A DNA stretch of 64,000 bases, taken from positions 88,053 to 152,052 of the IMG/VR virus record IMGVR_UViG_3300022689_000474; one strand, 5' to 3'. How positions within the stretch are numbered: the first letter of the stretch is position 1; each line of letters opens with the position of its first letter. Made by a program: the position numbers and the translations under genes. The notes beneath the pieces are model-generated. The model was not told where the DNA came from and did not search any database. It saw nothing but the letters and a program-made list of their open reading frames with translations. The stretch comes from a virus. Positions 61,361-64,000 of the stretch are shown here, piece by piece.

Positions 61361-61762
61361 TTAAATCACCTCCTCTTCAGTTTTCATATCAGATTCATTT
61401 AATAATCTTTTATCAATTAGAATTGCATCTTTAAGTTTTTCACAAAGTATTTGTTTCTTATTATTCTTTTCTTCTCCATCCATATTTTTATCCTTTTGAG
61501 ATAAATTAATTATATCTTGTACACTAGCTCCTATTGGTACATAAAGAAACTTAAAACCTTCTTCTTGCCACTTATAATGTTTTCTCTTTACAAACCCCTT
61601 AACTTCAATAATTAATTTAGCTGGTCCAATAGATACTACAGTACCCATAAGGTATTTATCTTGTTTGGTCTTATAAAAGATTGGAAGACCAGTTATATCA
61701 GATTTTTTAAGTGCTTGAGGAAAATTTGCTATACAATAGTATTCTTCTTCAATAATCTTCAT
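61361..61762 (-). CDS. Hypothetical protein (133 aa)
   Basis: ORF preceded by TGTTATAAT on the - strand. Confidence 0.55.
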   Translation of the reverse strand: MKIIEEEYYCIANFPQALKKSDITGLPIFYKTKQDKYLMGTVVSIGPAKLIIEVKGFVKRKHYKWQEEGFKFLYVPIGASVQDIINLSQKDKNMDGEEKNNKKQILCEKLKDAILIDKRLLNESDMKTEEEVI

Positions 61763-61826
61763 AATATTCTATATTTAATTTAACTTTAAAAGATTTCGTG
61801 TAATCACTTCCTATATTTATAAGATT

Positions 61827-61835
61827 ATTATAACA
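61827..61835 (-). promoter_or_regulatory. Extended -10 promoter element
   Basis: ATTATAACA on + reads TGTTATAAT on -, in the intergenic gap upstream of 61762. Confidence 0.4.
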
Positions 61836-61848
61836 AAAGTATTTATAT

Positions 61849-62307
61849 TTATAACATAGGTAATTCTTTAGCTCTTTGAATACAAAGTTTTTTCTTATCT
61901 CTTTGTAATCTTTCTAACTCTTCAATACCTATTATATGCTTAAGTAAAAATATTATCAATTCATTAGTAGAAACTATAGAACCTAACTCTCCTCTCATAT
62001 TTGAATTTATCTTTGGTAAGATCTTGAAATTATATCTTTCTCTTTTAGGTACTATCTCTACTCTTAGTCTATATCCTTCAAATATCCATTCTAATTCCAC
62101 TCTACCAGGATTTGAGGGGATAACTCTATCAGGTAATAATATATTTAGTATTGTATTTATGGGTAATAATACATCTCTTATATCAGTATGATGTATATTC
62201 TTATTCTTTATATGTTCTATCCTTTCATTAGAGAAGTTTGTTGCATCTATTGCAGATGATATGAAATTTTCTAACTTAGGAAATATTTGACTACTGTCAT
62301 AATTCAT
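61849..62307 (-). CDS. Hypothetical protein (152 aa)
   Basis: Clean ORF; no motif recognised. Confidence 0.55.
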   Translation of the reverse strand: MNYDSSQIFPKLENFISSAIDATNFSNERIEHIKNKNIHHTDIRDVLLPINTILNILLPDRVIPSNPGRVELEWIFEGYRLRVEIVPKRERYNFKILPKINSNMRGELGSIVSTNELIIFLLKHIIGIEELERLQRDKKKLCIQRAKELPML

Positions 62308-62320
62308 TTTGTATAAGTAT

Positions 62321-64000
62321 TTAACTTAGATTAAAGTTACTTTGTATCTGTGCCATATTACCACTATCATTTAATTGAGAACCTGACCATGTATGTATAG
62401 TATCTGAATCAACTGCCATTCTAGAAGCTCTAACATATATAACTCCTGAACCTGAACCACCAGTTATTTGAATATCATGTCTTAACCATCCTATTATTAT
62501 ATTCGTACTTGTAAAACCTACACTTGTTTGACCACCCTGTCCATTTGCTGGTACATTGAATGAGAAATTATTTGTCCATAATACTGCACCACCATCTATA
62601 TATGTTTTAAGTTTTCCTGATATCGTCCCTGAACCACTACTCCTTACAACCCAAACATGAGAATAAATTGTACAAGACCCACTACTTGGTTTAAGTATAT
62701 TGAAGTGTCCTATATTCTGCCATGTATTTAAACGTTGAGGAGAACTCGCACTTGCTCCTGTAGATAATAATCCACTTACTGCACAGGGAGTAGGTGTAGG
62801 ACTGGGGGTCGGAGTAGGTGTAGGACGAGGACTCGGAGAGGGAGTAGGTGTGGGACTAGAGGTAGCGGGAGCTATAGCAGTAATATTAGGTACTATTCTT
62901 GATCTTAATATTTGAGTAAAATATAGATGAGATCCTCCAGTCATCATAGAAACTGAAGGATTCTTACACATATGTATATAAATTCTTTGACCATTTTGCC
63001 AATAAGACCAGTTAGGTATATTACCAAAATGTATTCCTCTAGAAGAGAAACTTAAGTAAATTAAATCATTTACTTTAGGTCTAAAAACATGACCTGCTTC
63101 ATTATTAGTAAAACCATCTCCTTCAGCTTTTTGTGTTCTACTATGTGCTATACCTGAGCTTCCTCCTGTTCTTTCTAAAGCATATTGATCTCTCCAATGA
63201 TAAGCTTGTGACTCTTGAGAGGAAGCTACAAAGCAAACTTCTGATTCTTCAGGATCTATTGCAGTTATTTTAAGTCTTACGTTTACAGTCATGGCGTTAA
63301 CTGTAGCTGTTTCAATGACAAATGTCCCCGTGATCTCGCACCCATTCGCACAGTTTTGAAAAAAAAACTCTTCTAAAAAGCCTACATTAACTATTTCATA
63401 TGCATGATCTCCAGTAGGATTACCAGCAAAAGATCTAATATGTAATTCAGGGTTTGTAAAATTAGGACCTCTAAGGTCTACAACATTATCTCCTGAAATA
63501 GGAACAAGATTATTTCCTTGAACTCTCCATCTACTAGAATCAGGTATATCAATACTACTTAAAGCATTATTTAGATAATTAACATTAACTACTTGACTAC
63601 CTATATTAGTTCCATCCACTGGTTGATCAACAAATACATCAGTACCTCTCATATCTACTGCATCAATTCTATCTTTAGGTTTAGTCACTTGATCATAACT
63701 ACCACCTGTTATTATTTCCCATGCTACTCTTCGATCAAGATAATGAACATTAACTATTTCATATCTATGATCTCCTGTAGCTGTACCTGCAAATGCTCGG
63801 GCATGATCTTCAATATCTGAATAGTTATAACCTCTTAGATCTATAATACTTTCTCCATTAATAGGAACTAAATTATTACTCCTTTTAGTCCAATAAGTAT
63901 TTGGAAGTGTTATTCCAGATATAGCCTCTTCTATAGCGGTATTAATAGCATTAGTGACATATTGTACATTAACAATATCTAATGGATTAGAAGAAGAAGG
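62321..64000 (-). CDS. Tail fibre or receptor-binding-like protein (begins beyond the window end)
   Basis: The frame is open from 64000 (PSSSNPLDIVNVQYV...YWTKRSNNLVPINGESIIDLRG...TGDHRYEIVNVHYL...). It has repeated (I/V)VNVx(Y/F) and W...NNLVPI.G..DLRG units, a PT linker and a beta-rich C-terminal domain. Confidence 0.6.
   Translation of the reverse strand, partial: PSSSNPLDIVNVQYVTNAINTAIEEAISGITLPNTYWTKRSNNLVPINGESIIDLRGYNYSDIEDHARAFAGTATGDHRYEIVNVHYLDRRVAWEIITGGSYDQVTKPKDRIDAVDMRGTDVFVDQPVDGTNIGSQVVNVNYLNNALSSIDIPDSSRWRVQGNNLVPISGDNVVDLRGPNFTNPELHIRSFAGNPTGDHAYEIVNVGFLEEFFFQNCANGCEITGTFVIETATVNAMTVNVRLKITAIDPEESEVCFVASSQESQAYHWRDQYALERTGGSSGIAHSRTQKAEGDGFTNNEAGHVFRPKVNDLIYLSFSSRGIHFGNIPNWSYWQNGQRIYIHMCKNPSVSMMTGGSHLYFTQILRSRIVPNITAIAPATSSPTPTPSPSPRPTPTPTPSPTPTPCAVSGLLSTGASASSPQRLNTWQNIGHFNILKPSSGSCTIYSHVWVVRSSGSGTISGKLKTYIDGGAVLWTNNFSFNVPANGQGGQTSVGFTSTNIIIGWLRHDIQITGGSGSGVIYVRASRMAVDSDTIHTWSGSQLNDSGNMAQIQSNFNLS

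Noticed and set aside
5648-63820. Short ORFs (60-110 aa) in the track nested in or antisense to long genes (e.g. 5648, 7197, 16773, 19856, 24060, 25657, 27033, 52431, 58110, 60155, 63593)
   Set aside because: They lie within well-supported CDSs, have low-complexity shadow composition, and show no recognisable motifs.
1-64000. Stop-codon reassignment, as in some large phages
   Set aside because: Standard-code ORFs tile the window densely, and TAA, TAG and TGA all end genes at sensible boundaries.
1-64000. tRNA, rRNA or other structured RNA genes
   Set aside because: None recognised by eye, and intergenic gaps are mostly too short. A tRNAscan/Infernal run would be needed to exclude them, especially at 40.4-41.1 kb.

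Overview
A gene-dense, AT-rich (roughly 30% GC by eye) 64-kb segment of a large tailed dsDNA phage read in the standard genetic code. The host is probably a cyanobacterium, inferred from a cyanobacterial-type SGNH domain and a replication gene set resembling freshwater cyanophages. The + strand (1-40.4 kb) carries virion and packaging genes: a repeat-rich tail fibre, a 2,610-aa modular protein, a terminase large subunit split by two inteins, and a 5,484-aa multi-enzyme protein (two HExxH zincins, an SGNH hydrolase, a PLD, many membrane segments). It also carries RuvC, a PD-(D/E)xK nuclease and HTH proteins, with an inverted DUF7178-like/RNase HII pair inserted at 19.7-20.9 kb. The - strand (43.7-64 kb) carries a replication and nucleotide-metabolism cluster: ThyX, DnaG, two helicases, an SSB-like protein, HolA/DnaX/DnaN-like clamp machinery, a UDG-like protein, dUTPase, PolA and a RecA-like protein, followed by a second fibre gene. 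Between the two arms (40.4-43.75 kb) is the most unusual element, a plasmid-style replication cassette. It comprises three ~51-bp direct repeats, a perfect 17-bp GC-rich inverted repeat at a sharp strand-composition switch, a promoter and operator, an uncalled 54-aa ribbon-helix-helix gene, and a translationally coupled family-B polymerase with pipolin (piPolB)-like motifs. The phage thus appears to encode two unrelated DNA polymerase systems. All calls come from motif reading only; no searches were run.
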